24,023 nt of DNA, from NCBI GenBank assembly GCA_042217585.1, contig JBDGSJ010000015.1, positions 9,289 to 33,311 on the forward strand, written 5' to 3'. Both the position numbers and the translations under genes were made by a program. Below the pieces are notes generated by a model. It saw only the letters and a program-made list of their open reading frames with translations. It had not been told where the DNA came from and searched no databases. This DNA comes from Candidatus Nanohaloarchaea archaeon. GTDB lineage: Archaea; Nanohalarchaeota; Nanosalinia; Nanosalinales; Nanosalinaceae. Below are positions 8,143 through 15,778 of the stretch, piece after piece. Position 1 is the stretch's first letter. Each line of letters starts with the position of its first letter.

Positions 8143-8817
8143 TCATACCTCCTCCGCGTTTCCCCTGTTGACGAGGATCTCTGCGTTGTCCTCCGGGACG
8201 ACGACCTCCTCTCCCTCATCGAACGGTCCGTAGGTCTCGAGGTCGGTCCCCATGAACTCCGGTATCTCCTGGACCGCCTTCACCTTCGTGTAGCCCTCCT
8301 CTACCTTTTCTTCCTGTTCCTCTTTCTCCTCTTCATCCGGCTCCCCGCTTCTTTCTGTATCCTTTTCTTGGTCCTCGCCCTCTTCACCATCTTCTTCACT
8401 GACTTCTCCGGAGGTCATCTCCGGCTCGAATTCCCCTGTTTCATCCGGGTTCGTTTTATCTATCTCGTTCTCCAGGTCTCTCTCCACCCTTTCCTGGTGG
8501 TCCTCGAACACCTTCTTCAGTTCCCTGTAGGTCTCCTGCTCGCAGGGAAGCAGGTTGAGTTCCGAGCCCTTCACGTCGGACCTGACGGAGAGCCTGGCGT
8601 TCTTGACTATCTTCTCCTCACGGAGGGACATTATCTTGTCGAAGACTCTCTTAGAGTTCCTGTACTCGCGGGAGTCCCCGCCGGTCTCGTGTTTTTTCTG
8701 GAGGTAGTTCGAGACCCTGAGTATGAAGTTGTCGTTTCTCTCCGAGAGTTCGTCTTTTCTCTTCTCCTCTTTCTCGATTCTTCTGAGGTCGCTGAAGGTT
8801 AGAACGTTTTCTGGCAT
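8143..8817 (-). CDS. gins: GINS complex subunit (Gins51/Gins15 type: A domain, acidic linker, B domain)
   Basis: Helical A domain (REEKIVKNA, LLPCEQETY) and C-terminal B domain (IPEFMGTDLETYGPF...VPEDNAEILVNRG); downstream of the primase. Confidence 0.88.
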   Translation of the reverse strand: MPENVLTFSDLRRIEKEEKRKDELSERNDNFILRVSNYLQKKHETGGDSREYRNSKRVFDKIMSLREEKIVKNARLSVRSDVKGSELNLLPCEQETYRELKKVFEDHQERVERDLENEIDKTNPDETGEFEPEMTSGEVSEEDGEEGEDQEKDTERSGEPDEEEKEEQEEKVEEGYTKVKAVQEIPEFMGTDLETYGPFDEGEEVVVPEDNAEILVNRGNAEEV

Positions 8818-8835
8818 CCTGTTTACACCCGGTGT

Positions 8836-10224
8836 CTAAAGCTTTTTCACGTCAAGGTCGTCGTTGCATTTTCTGATGTGTTTCTTGAACCAGGCCTCGC
8901 TCTTGTACTCCTTCCCGCAGTAGTCGCAGACGTACACCTCGTCTTCCCCGTCGTCATCCTCCTCCGCGGACCCCCGCTTCTTCGCCTTCCTGAACGCGTA
9001 GCTCACGGGGTTGGAGACCTTCTCCTCCAGCGGGTCGCCCTCGTACACCTGCATGTCCTGGTAGTAGCCGTTGGCATCGTAGTTCGGCGGCGGAACGATC
9101 TCCTGCCTCTTCCTGTGCCAGTTCAGCTGTGAGGTCACGTAGGACTCCCTCAGCGGCTCGTCGTTCCTCTCGTTCCATTCCCATATCTTCGCCTCGATCT
9201 CGTCCATGTCGTAGCCGACTGTCAGGTAGAAGTTGATCAGGATGAAAAGCCCGCGTTTCCTTCCGTCCTCAAGGCCCTCGAGGATGTTCTTTATCGTCGG
9301 CGGGAAGTACTTCTCCGGTATCGCGTCCTCCGGCCTTTCAAACTCCCGCTCCGACTTCTCTATCTTCTCCTTCCTCCTCTGCTCCCTCTTCTCCTCCAGG
9401 TGGTCCATCCCGTTGATGGCGAGCGCCTCCGCCTCTCCCTCCTCGTACTCGTCGAGGAAGCCGTGCTCGAACTCGATCCGGTCCATCTCCGCCTCTTCCT
9501 TCTCGAACTCCTGTATCCGGTCCGGGTCGATCGGCTTCGAGACCAGCCAGGACCCGTCGTGGAGCGAGTAAGGTATCCTGAACAGGTGGCGCTGGCCCCA
9601 GTCGTTCTCGATGTCCGCGACCTGGTACGGATCAGGTCCTTCATCCGTCTCCATCTCCTCGCTGAAGCCGTGCTCCCGGACCAGCTCCACCATGTCGTCC
9701 TTCAGCTTCTTCTCCCTCAGGTAGTCTATGATCGCGCGGGGAAGCTCCGGGTAGAGATCCGCGATATCCTTCCCGCCTATCGTATCCGGGAAAGCCTCCG
9801 CCCTGATCCCTATGTGGAAACCCCGGTTGCCAGAGAACTTCACGGAGACGTTCTCGATGTCGTGGTCCCTCAGCGCCCGTACAACGAGCTCGGCGGTGTC
9901 CTTCGCCAGCGAGAAGCTCTCGTCGCAGTCGATGTCCATCACCAGGTCCCAGCCGGTCCTCAGGTCGTCGAGGTTGGATACCTGGTCTATCAGGAGAGGG
10001 TTCTGCCACCGCTCCACCGAGGCGTGGAACGCGACCGCCCCGTCCTGCACGAACTGGTCGAAGTCGCCGGGGAAGTTGATGGAATCAGGCCGCTTCCCGT
10101 AACCGCTCGGATAGGTGGGTGCGACCTCCCTGTACTTCACGACCTCCATCACGCGGTCCCTGAGCTCGTCCTGCTCGTAGTACTGTCTTATCCTCCAGTC
10201 CTGAGGCCGCTCCCTTTCCCCCAT
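8836..10224 (-). CDS. priSL: Fused DNA primase PriS-PriL (DPANN type) with C-terminal zinc finger
   Basis: AEP motifs WDLVMDID, KFSGNRGFH and RIPYSLH; PriL-CTD-like region FPPTIKNILEGLEDGRKRGLFIL...PPPN...NPVSY; terminal CDYC-x12-H-x3-C. Confidence 0.9.
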   Translation of the reverse strand: MGERERPQDWRIRQYYEQDELRDRVMEVVKYREVAPTYPSGYGKRPDSINFPGDFDQFVQDGAVAFHASVERWQNPLLIDQVSNLDDLRTGWDLVMDIDCDESFSLAKDTAELVVRALRDHDIENVSVKFSGNRGFHIGIRAEAFPDTIGGKDIADLYPELPRAIIDYLREKKLKDDMVELVREHGFSEEMETDEGPDPYQVADIENDWGQRHLFRIPYSLHDGSWLVSKPIDPDRIQEFEKEEAEMDRIEFEHGFLDEYEEGEAEALAINGMDHLEEKREQRRKEKIEKSEREFERPEDAIPEKYFPPTIKNILEGLEDGRKRGLFILINFYLTVGYDMDEIEAKIWEWNERNDEPLRESYVTSQLNWHRKRQEIVPPPNYDANGYYQDMQVYEGDPLEEKVSNPVSYAFRKAKKRGSAEEDDDGEDEVYVCDYCGKEYKSEAWFKKHIRKCNDDLDVKKL

Positions 10225-10248
10225 AATCAAGTCTTTGAACTGGAAAAG

Positions 10249-10668
10249 CTAAAAGCCCCCGGACTCCAGGTACGTCTCGATGAAGTCCCGGGTGCTGTCG
10301 TTCAGGTCCAGCTCCTCAACCGCCCTCTCCGGCTCTATCCAGGTGTGATCCACCGCCTCCCTCTCGTCGAGCCTGACCTCCTGGTCCTCCGCGCGGCAGA
10401 CGAAGTTCAGGAAGATGAAATGCGTGTCCCGCTCGAAGTCATCCGGGTTGCCGCCGTCTTTCGCCTCCAGGAACTCCAGGTCCGAGACCTCCAGACCGGT
10501 CTCCTCCTGGACCTCCCGCTTCAGGCAGTCCCTCATCGACTCCCCTTTATCCACTTTCCCCCCTGGGACCAGCCACTGGTCGTCCCATTTCGGGCTTTTC
10601 ATCAGGAATACTTCGTCGTTTTCGTTCAGTATCAGTGCTCCTGTCGCCGGGACCGCGTACTCTGACAT
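10249..10668 (-). CDS. Nudix hydrolase
   Basis: Nudix box GGKVDKGESMRDCLKREVQEETGL. Confidence 0.95.
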   Translation of the reverse strand: MSEYAVPATGALILNENDEVFLMKSPKWDDQWLVPGGKVDKGESMRDCLKREVQEETGLEVSDLEFLEAKDGGNPDDFERDTHFIFLNFVCRAEDQEVRLDEREAVDHTWIEPERAVEELDLNDSTRDFIETYLESGGF

Positions 10669-10699
10669 GGAAAAGTTTCGGCGGCGGACGGCTAAAAAA

Positions 10700-10745
10700 T
10701 CATTCCTCCTCGAAGTCGAGCGCCACCGAGTTTATACAGTATCGC
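10700..10745 (-). pseudogene. Relic second copy of the msrB 3' end (RYCINSVALDFEEE*)
   Basis: 10709-10745 matches 10796-10832 at 35/37 nt, both mismatches synonymous. It has its own in-frame TGA at 10702-10700. Confidence 0.8.
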
Positions 10746-10783
10746 GCCTCCCCCCCCGGGAAGCAGGCGGCAGTTCCCTTTCT

Positions 10784-11170
10784 TTACTCCTTTTTCTCGA
10801 AGTCGAGTGCCACCGAGTTTATACAGTACCGCTTTCCGGTCGGCTCGGGTCCGTCGTCGAAGACGTGGCCCAGGTGGCTTCCGCATTCGGCGCAGACGAC
10901 CTCGGTCCGCTCCATTCCGTGCCTCGTGTCCTTCCTGAGCTCGATGTTTTCATCGACGGCGTCCCAGAAGCTGGGCCAGCCGTGTCCGGACTCGTACTTC
11001 GCCTCCGAGTCGAAAAGCTCGGCCCCACACGCCCTGCAGTGGAAGACCCCTTCTTCATCGGTGTCAAGGTGTTCGCCGGAGAACTTCGGCTCGGTGCCTC
11101 TCTCCTTGAGGACCTCGTACTCCTGCTCTGAAAGTTCCTCCCGGAACTCTTCCTCCGAATCATGTTCCAT
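10784..11170 (-). CDS. msrB: Peptide-methionine (R)-S-oxide reductase
   Basis: GTEPKFSG, CRACG, GWPSF, CAECGSHLGHVFDDGP and RYCINS motifs; start reassigned to MEHDSEE (11170). Confidence 0.97.
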   Translation of the reverse strand: MEHDSEEEFREELSEQEYEVLKERGTEPKFSGEHLDTDEEGVFHCRACGAELFDSEAKYESGHGWPSFWDAVDENIELRKDTRHGMERTEVVCAECGSHLGHVFDDGPEPTGKRYCINSVALDFEKKE

Positions 11171-11252
11171 AACGGTTTTTTGGGTCCGCCGAAGGTTAAA
11201 TCTGTGTGCCGAAGGATTTAACCCTGCGTGACGACAATTCCAGTACAGGAAG

Positions 11253-11627
11253 ATGGTAAAGTTCGAGAAGATCGAGCACAGGGGCAAGGAGATCCACAGG
11301 CTGGACCTGTCCGGCGCCAGTCCTGAAAAGATGGATGAGGTCCGAGAAGCGGCCGACGAGATGGAGGAAAGCGTCCGGTCCGAGCCAGAGGACTCCGTTC
11401 TCGCCCTGACAGTCGTCGAGGACGCGAGCTATGACAGCGAGATGCTGGGCCGGATCAAGGAACTTGCAGACAACGACAGGCCCTACGTGAAGAGGAGCGC
11501 GGTCGTGGGGGTTGAAGGATTGCGAAAGGTTGCCCTGCAGGGAGTGATACGTTACTCCGGCAGAGAGGACTTCGAGATATTCGACACCGAGGAAGAGGCG
11601 AAGGACTGGCTGGCCGGCGAGGAATAG
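11253..11627 (+). CDS. STAS/SEC14 (SpoIIAA-like) domain protein, copy 1
   Basis: IEHRGKEIHRLDLS start, RSAVVGVEGLRKV and C-terminal FDTEEEAKDWL, typical of SpoIIAA-like proteins. Confidence 0.75.
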   Translation: MVKFEKIEHRGKEIHRLDLSGASPEKMDEVREAADEMEESVRSEPEDSVLALTVVEDASYDSEMLGRIKELADNDRPYVKRSAVVGVEGLRKVALQGVIRYSGREDFEIFDTEEEAKDWLAGEE

Positions 11628-11659
11628 CACTTTTGAACGCGGACCGGTAATTCTTCACC

Positions 11660-12037
11660 ATTGCTGGATTCAGAAAGGAGGAGTACAAAGGCGAGGAGAT
11701 ATTCGTTCTGGACCTCAGAGGAGTAGATCCGGAAAACATGAAGGAGTTCAGTGAGGCCGTGGAGGAGATGGAGGAGGAAGTGACCTCGGAGCCAGAGGGC
11801 TCGGTCCTCGCCTTGACTGATGCGAGGGACATGAGCTACAACAGGGAGATACTCGGCGAGCTGAAGGACCTGACCTCGGCTGACGAACCCTATGTCAGGA
11901 GGAGCGCGGTCGTGGGGGTTGAGGGATTGAAGAAGGTAGGTTTCAACGGTGTCGTCAGAGCCACAGGAAGGGATTTGAAGGCTTTCAGGAGCGATGAGCT
12001 GGAGGAAGCGAAGGACTGGCTGGTAAAAGGAGATTAG
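11660..12037 (+). CDS. STAS/SEC14 (SpoIIAA-like) domain protein, copy 2; ATT at the homologous start position
   Basis: The frame is open 26 codons upstream of the track's ATG (11738). IAGFRKEEYKGEEIFVLDLRGVDPENM aligns without gaps to copy 1 MVKFEKIEHRGKEIHRLDLSGASPEKM. The copies share an identical 24-nt block (11492-11515 = 11899-11922). Confidence 0.7.
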   Translation: MAGFRKEEYKGEEIFVLDLRGVDPENMKEFSEAVEEMEEEVTSEPEGSVLALTDARDMSYNREILGELKDLTSADEPYVRRSAVVGVEGLKKVGFNGVVRATGRDLKAFRSDELEEAKDWLVKGD

Positions 12038-12058
12038 AGGGAAATTTCTGGGAGGGTT

Positions 12059-12814
12059 TTACTCCTCCTCGATCCTGGGCGCGAGCACGAAGCTGAGCCT
12101 GGCCCTGTCCGGCTGCTCGAACTCCATCCTCATCGGGAAGTCCTCTCCCATCTTGACCGCGACGGTGTCGGCCAGTTTCTTCGCGCCGACCATGTCGCTC
12201 AGGTAGTCAAGCGAGAACATCGACTTCCCGTGTCCGTCCTTCTCTATCTCGATGACGGCGTCTGAGTCGGATGAAAGGTTGAACTCGACGTTGCTCTGGT
12301 CTCCCTCGGACGAGATCGTTATCGTGTCGGAGTCCGCCTCCACGACCACCGAGTCGGAGACCACCATGGCGTCCTTTATCGCGTCCTCGACTATCGAGGT
12401 GCTGAGCTCCGCCTCGAAGCTGAAGTCGAGGTCGTCGGTCGAGGGGATGTCGTCCTCCGAAAGGTTGAGGATCGGCAGTGAGAACTCTCTCGTCGAGGCC
12501 CCCTCCATCGTGATGTAGAACTTGGAGTCGTCGTCACGGACCTCGAAGGTTATAGTATCGTCGGATTTGGTCCTCCTGAGGATCGAGTAAAGGTTCTCGA
12601 GGTTCAGACCTATCTTGGTCTCCTCGTCGAGTTCGTACTCCTCGAAGGCTTCTTCCTCCAGCCTGAAGTCCACGAGCGCGACCATCGCGGGGTCCGCCGC
12701 TACGAGCTTGATTCCGTCGTCCTCCAGCTGGAAAAGACCTTCCGAGATCAGGTCGGAAATGGTTTTCATCGAATCCTTCAGAAGTCCTGTGTCTTCAATC
12801 GTTGCCTTGAACAA
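12059..12814 (-). CDS. pcn: DNA polymerase sliding clamp PCNA
   Basis: MFKATI, AADPAMVALV, FSLDYL, MGEDFP and FVLAPRIE motifs; TTG start preceded by a GGTGAGGGGAG SD. Confidence 0.97.
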   Translation of the reverse strand: MFKATIEDTGLLKDSMKTISDLISEGLFQLEDDGIKLVAADPAMVALVDFRLEEEAFEEYELDEETKIGLNLENLYSILRRTKSDDTITFEVRDDDSKFYITMEGASTREFSLPILNLSEDDIPSTDDLDFSFEAELSTSIVEDAIKDAMVVSDSVVVEADSDTITISSEGDQSNVEFNLSSDSDAVIEIEKDGHGKSMFSLDYLSDMVGAKKLADTVAVKMGEDFPMRMEFEQPDRARLSFVLAPRIEEE

Positions 12815-12827
12815 CTCCCCTCACCTG

Positions 12828-13154
12828 TTATTCAGAGGTGTTAACAACTTTTTTAACCCTGTCGTAGAGGTCTGTGTCCACGTCAAAGTCCTGGATGACC
12901 TCTCCCTGGACCTCGAAGCTGTCCGGTGTCGGAAGCACTCTTCCGAGCACGCGGACCATCTCGTTCTCCTCCACGTCTTCGATTTCCTCTTTCTCCATGA
13001 AGACCTCGACGCTCCCGGTGCCATCGTCGAGGGAGATCGAGTCGTCGTCCTTCGAGAGGACGGTGCCCACTATCCTTACCCGTATGTCGTCCTGTGGGTC
13101 TATCTCCTCGATGTTTCTCGGCCTCGCAGGCGCTCTTCTCTGTCTTTCTGGCAT
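12828..13154 (-). CDS. Small OB-fold protein, probable replication protein A small subunit
   Basis: RRAPA, RVRIVGTV, LDDGTGSVEV and VRVLGRV OB-fold pattern; start reassigned to MPERQRR (13154); directly upstream of PCNA. Confidence 0.8.
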   Translation of the reverse strand: MPERQRRAPARPRNIEEIDPQDDIRVRIVGTVLSKDDDSISLDDGTGSVEVFMEKEEIEDVEENEMVRVLGRVLPTPDSFEVQGEVIQDFDVDTDLYDRVKKVVNTSE

Positions 13155-13234
13155 GTTGAGAAAAACCGGTTTTACTGTTATAACTCTATCGGCATCCCGC
13201 GGTTTCAAATACCGGCGTCGATTCATGTTAAGGT

Positions 13235-13822
13235 ATGAGCCTGTTCGGGAACAAGAACGATGAGACCCCGGAGGAGATAAAGCAGCTGAAAGACAGGGTC
13301 GAGGACCTGAACTCGCAGGTCAACGCGATGGATTCCGCCCTGTCCGATTTCAAGGGAAGGGTGGAGGACCTCGAGGACAAGAACGAACTGGGGGCGGCGC
13401 TGAAGGCTAGAGCACAGAACAACAGGGAGATGATCAACTCAGTGGAGGACACCGTCGTCAAGTTCTACAGCAACTACAAGGACAGCGGGGAGGCCCGTGA
13501 CAACCGTCTGGAGAAACTGGAGAAAGACAGGGATGAGATGCGGAAGGAGATAAACTCGGTCGAGGCGGATGTCCAGGAGTTGAGAGAGGGCCAGGAAAAG
13601 CTATCCGAAAGGGTTGAGGAGATCGAGGAGAAGATCGACGAGGTCGAGGGCGACTTCGTCCTGGAGACCAACAGGCAGGAGATGGATATAGAGAGGAAGA
13701 TCGACAAGGGCCGGTTCAGGAGCCACGAGGAGGAGATGGAGGACGAACTGGCGAAGCTGAGAGCCTCCATCAACGTTCTGGCCGACCATCTCGACAAGAA
13801 GGATGAGATAGAAGTGGATTAA
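13235..13822 (+). CDS. Hypothetical coiled-coil protein
   Basis: Continuous heptad pattern (LKDRVEDLNSQVNAMDSALSDFKGRVEDLE...), acidic, codon usage typical of the genome; converges on tfs with a 4-nt overlap. Confidence 0.8.
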   Translation: MSLFGNKNDETPEEIKQLKDRVEDLNSQVNAMDSALSDFKGRVEDLEDKNELGAALKARAQNNREMINSVEDTVVKFYSNYKDSGEARDNRLEKLEKDRDEMRKEINSVEADVQELREGQEKLSERVEEIEEKIDEVEGDFVLETNRQEMDIERKIDKGRFRSHEEEMEDELAKLRASINVLADHLDKKDEIEVD

Positions 13823-14154
13823 TCGTACTCCTTGTAGACGTTGCCGCATTCACGGCACTTGTAGAACCTCGTCGGTGGCTCATCTGAAGCACGTGTCTGC
13901 TCCATCCACCATTCCTGCTCTGTTTCTTCGCCGCAGTTCTTGCATTCTCTCTCGGTGGTGGGCCTCGTGGCCTCGTCGGAGTCCTCCTCGTTGACGTTGA
14001 GCCGGTCCATCGGGTCCTCTTCCTTCTCCTCGGTGACCTTGTAGTCCTCGCCCTCAACGTCCTGTACGTTGCCGCAGTTCCTGCACTTCATCACGCTCTC
14101 TCCGTCCTTCTTTTCCGATACAAGCATCCCTCCACAGTCGTCGCAGAAGTCCAT
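13819..14154 (-). CDS. tfs: Transcription elongation factor TFS
   Basis: Two zinc ribbons (FCDDCGG..CRNC; CKNC..CREC) and QTRASDEP with the catalytic DE pair. Confidence 0.95.
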   Translation of the reverse strand: MDFCDDCGGMLVSEKKDGESVMKCRNCGNVQDVEGEDYKVTEEKEEDPMDRLNVNEEDSDEATRPTTERECKNCGEETEQEWWMEQTRASDEPPTRFYKCRECGNVYKEYD

Positions 14155-14199
14155 GTTTGCCGACTATTTCCTGCTAATCTTTATATTGGTATCGAAGGC

Positions 14200-14943
14200 T
14201 CAGCAGCTCGGGGTGCTGTCGATCGCAAGCGGCCGGTCTCCGTAGTATCCCAGGAGATCCAGGAGGTACAGTTTCGCCAGTCCGAGCCTCGGTATCTTGA
14301 AAAGCATCTTGCCGTGTATCTGGCTGGGCTGGACATGGTCCTCGAATTCTAGCTGCCGGGAATTCGCTATACCGATAGTCTCCAGGCTGTCACTGTCCTT
14401 GCGGACCACCTGGTGGACTATAGGGGTGTTCTCTATCGGCAGGTCGGTGGCGTACCTGACTGTCATATGCAGATTGCGGAACTCGTAAGTGGTGCCCTCG
14501 ATGAACGGACCTCTCCCGCTATCCGGAAGCCTCCTCGAACCGTTTATCTCAAGGATCACCCGGTCCCTGTTCATCCCCGGTGAGGGTATCACCTCCACCA
14601 GTTCGATCCTTCCCAGCGGCGTGGAGACCCGGGCATTTTGGGTCCCGTTGTTCTCCAGCACGTACGTCTTCCCGTCGATCCTGAGCTCGGCTCTCGCCGG
14701 CACGTTGTACACTATCACGTCGCCCTTCTCTATCTGCGAGTAGTCGACCCCCTGGACGAAAAGTATGTCGCCGACCTGTATCTCGGGGCACATCGAGGTG
14801 GATATGACGCTGACCACGGGCTTCTGAGTGTCAAGTACAGTCCCGGTGGCCTGGAGGCTCCCGAACGCCAGCAGGACCGCCAGACCGACGAAGTAGATGT
14901 TGTCCAGAAGCTCGTCCTCCAGTATCTCTGCCCGGTCTCCCAT
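14200..14943 (-). CDS. Signal peptidase I (S26, archaeal Sec11-like) with large insertion; alternative start 14988
   Basis: TM segment, PVVSVISTSMCP (catalytic Ser), GDILFV, GDVIVY, PIVHQV (His) and IHGKMLFKIPRLG. Confidence 0.8.
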   Translation of the reverse strand: MGDRAEILEDELLDNIYFVGLAVLLAFGSLQATGTVLDTQKPVVSVISTSMCPEIQVGDILFVQGVDYSQIEKGDVIVYNVPARAELRIDGKTYVLENNGTQNARVSTPLGRIELVEVIPSPGMNRDRVILEINGSRRLPDSGRGPFIEGTTYEFRNLHMTVRYATDLPIENTPIVHQVVRKDSDSLETIGIANSRQLEFEDHVQPSQIHGKMLFKIPRLGLAKLYLLDLLGYYGDRPLAIDSTPSC

Positions 14944-14984
14944 GGAACTGAAATGCGGCCGCCTCTTTTTTAGGACCTCCGGGT

Positions 14985-15533
14985 TCATCGCCCATACATC
15001 GCCCGGCCTATCATGTGTGACACCCTTACCGGTTCAGGTGTCAGGCCGTGGATCACCGATTTCCTGACGAGTTCTCTCGCCTCCTCCGGTCCGCATCCGG
15101 AGAACTGGATGTAGGCGGTTCCGTCCTCGAGTTCGACCTCTCTCGGCTCTCCGAGGTCCTCGAAGACCTCGTCCACGTTCCCGGTCCGCTCCATCGTTTC
15201 ACGGAACTCTTCGCGGTCCGGCTCGTTCGGTGTCACCGCGACCACGGGCTTCCCGGTCCTCTCCTCGACCTCATCCAGGTCCACGATATTGAAGCCCGCG
15301 AAGCTTATCCCGTCCAGAAGTATTCCCCTGATCTGAGATGTGTTGTCGCAGTTATTGAACAGTTCGACGACCTTTTCCGTGGCGTCGTAGCCATCGACAT
15401 CTACATCAACGGTCTGGATGTCCTCTATGAACTCCGTGCCCCGGTAGACCACTCCGGTGAGAAAGGTCTGTGAGTCCTCGAAGCTGAAGGATGCGTCGTC
15501 TATCCCGAGGACCCTGATGCCGTCCTTCATCAT
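14985..15533 (-). CDS. DUF99 family protein (endonuclease V-like / endonuclease dU)
   Basis: IRVLGIDD, VDGYDAT, LLDGISFAGFNIVD and PEPVRVSHMIG motifs; ATGA overlap with rpoL. Confidence 0.92.
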   Translation of the reverse strand: MMKDGIRVLGIDDASFSFEDSQTFLTGVVYRGTEFIEDIQTVDVDVDGYDATEKVVELFNNCDNTSQIRGILLDGISFAGFNIVDLDEVEERTGKPVVAVTPNEPDREEFRETMERTGNVDEVFEDLGEPREVELEDGTAYIQFSGCGPEEARELVRKSVIHGLTPEPVRVSHMIGRAMYGR

Positions 15534-15778
15534 TCAAGCTGGCCGTCAAGTTCGTCGAGCCAACCCTGTGCTGTCTCCACGGCGTCCTCGAGGACCTGCT
15601 CCGGGTCATCCGCCTTGATGACGAGATTGGACTCCTCGCCGAGCGGGTGCCCCTTGTCGTATCCGGCTTCTCCGCCGTTCTCCCAGATCGCCTTCCTTAT
15701 CAGGTTGGCGACTGTGTGGTTTTTCTTCAGGTCCAGGATAAGGCGGTCTTCCTTTTCGATTGTGTCAAGCTCCATCAT
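15530..15778 (-). CDS. rpoL: DNA-directed RNA polymerase subunit L (Rpo11)
   Basis: NHTVANLIR and AGYDKGHPL motifs; conserved neighbourhood with METTL5, DUF99 and TFS. Confidence 0.9.
   Translation of the reverse strand: MMELDTIEKEDRLILDLKKNHTVANLIRKAIWENGGEAGYDKGHPLGEESNLVIKADDPEQVLEDAVETAQGWLDELDGQLE

Noticed and set aside
9400..10665. Long plus-strand ORF (421 aa) and similar antisense ORFs (7867-8802, 10415-11131, 12615-13238 and others)
   Set aside because: These are shadows of well-supported genes, expected from high GC3 and acidic codon bias; L/V/P/R-rich or Ser-rich with no motifs.
10709..10832. msrB repeat as a diversity-generating retroelement TR/VR pair, CRISPR repeat or att site
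   Set aside because: The two mismatches go in opposite directions rather than being adenine-specific, there are only two copies, and no reverse transcriptase, cas gene or integrase is in the window.
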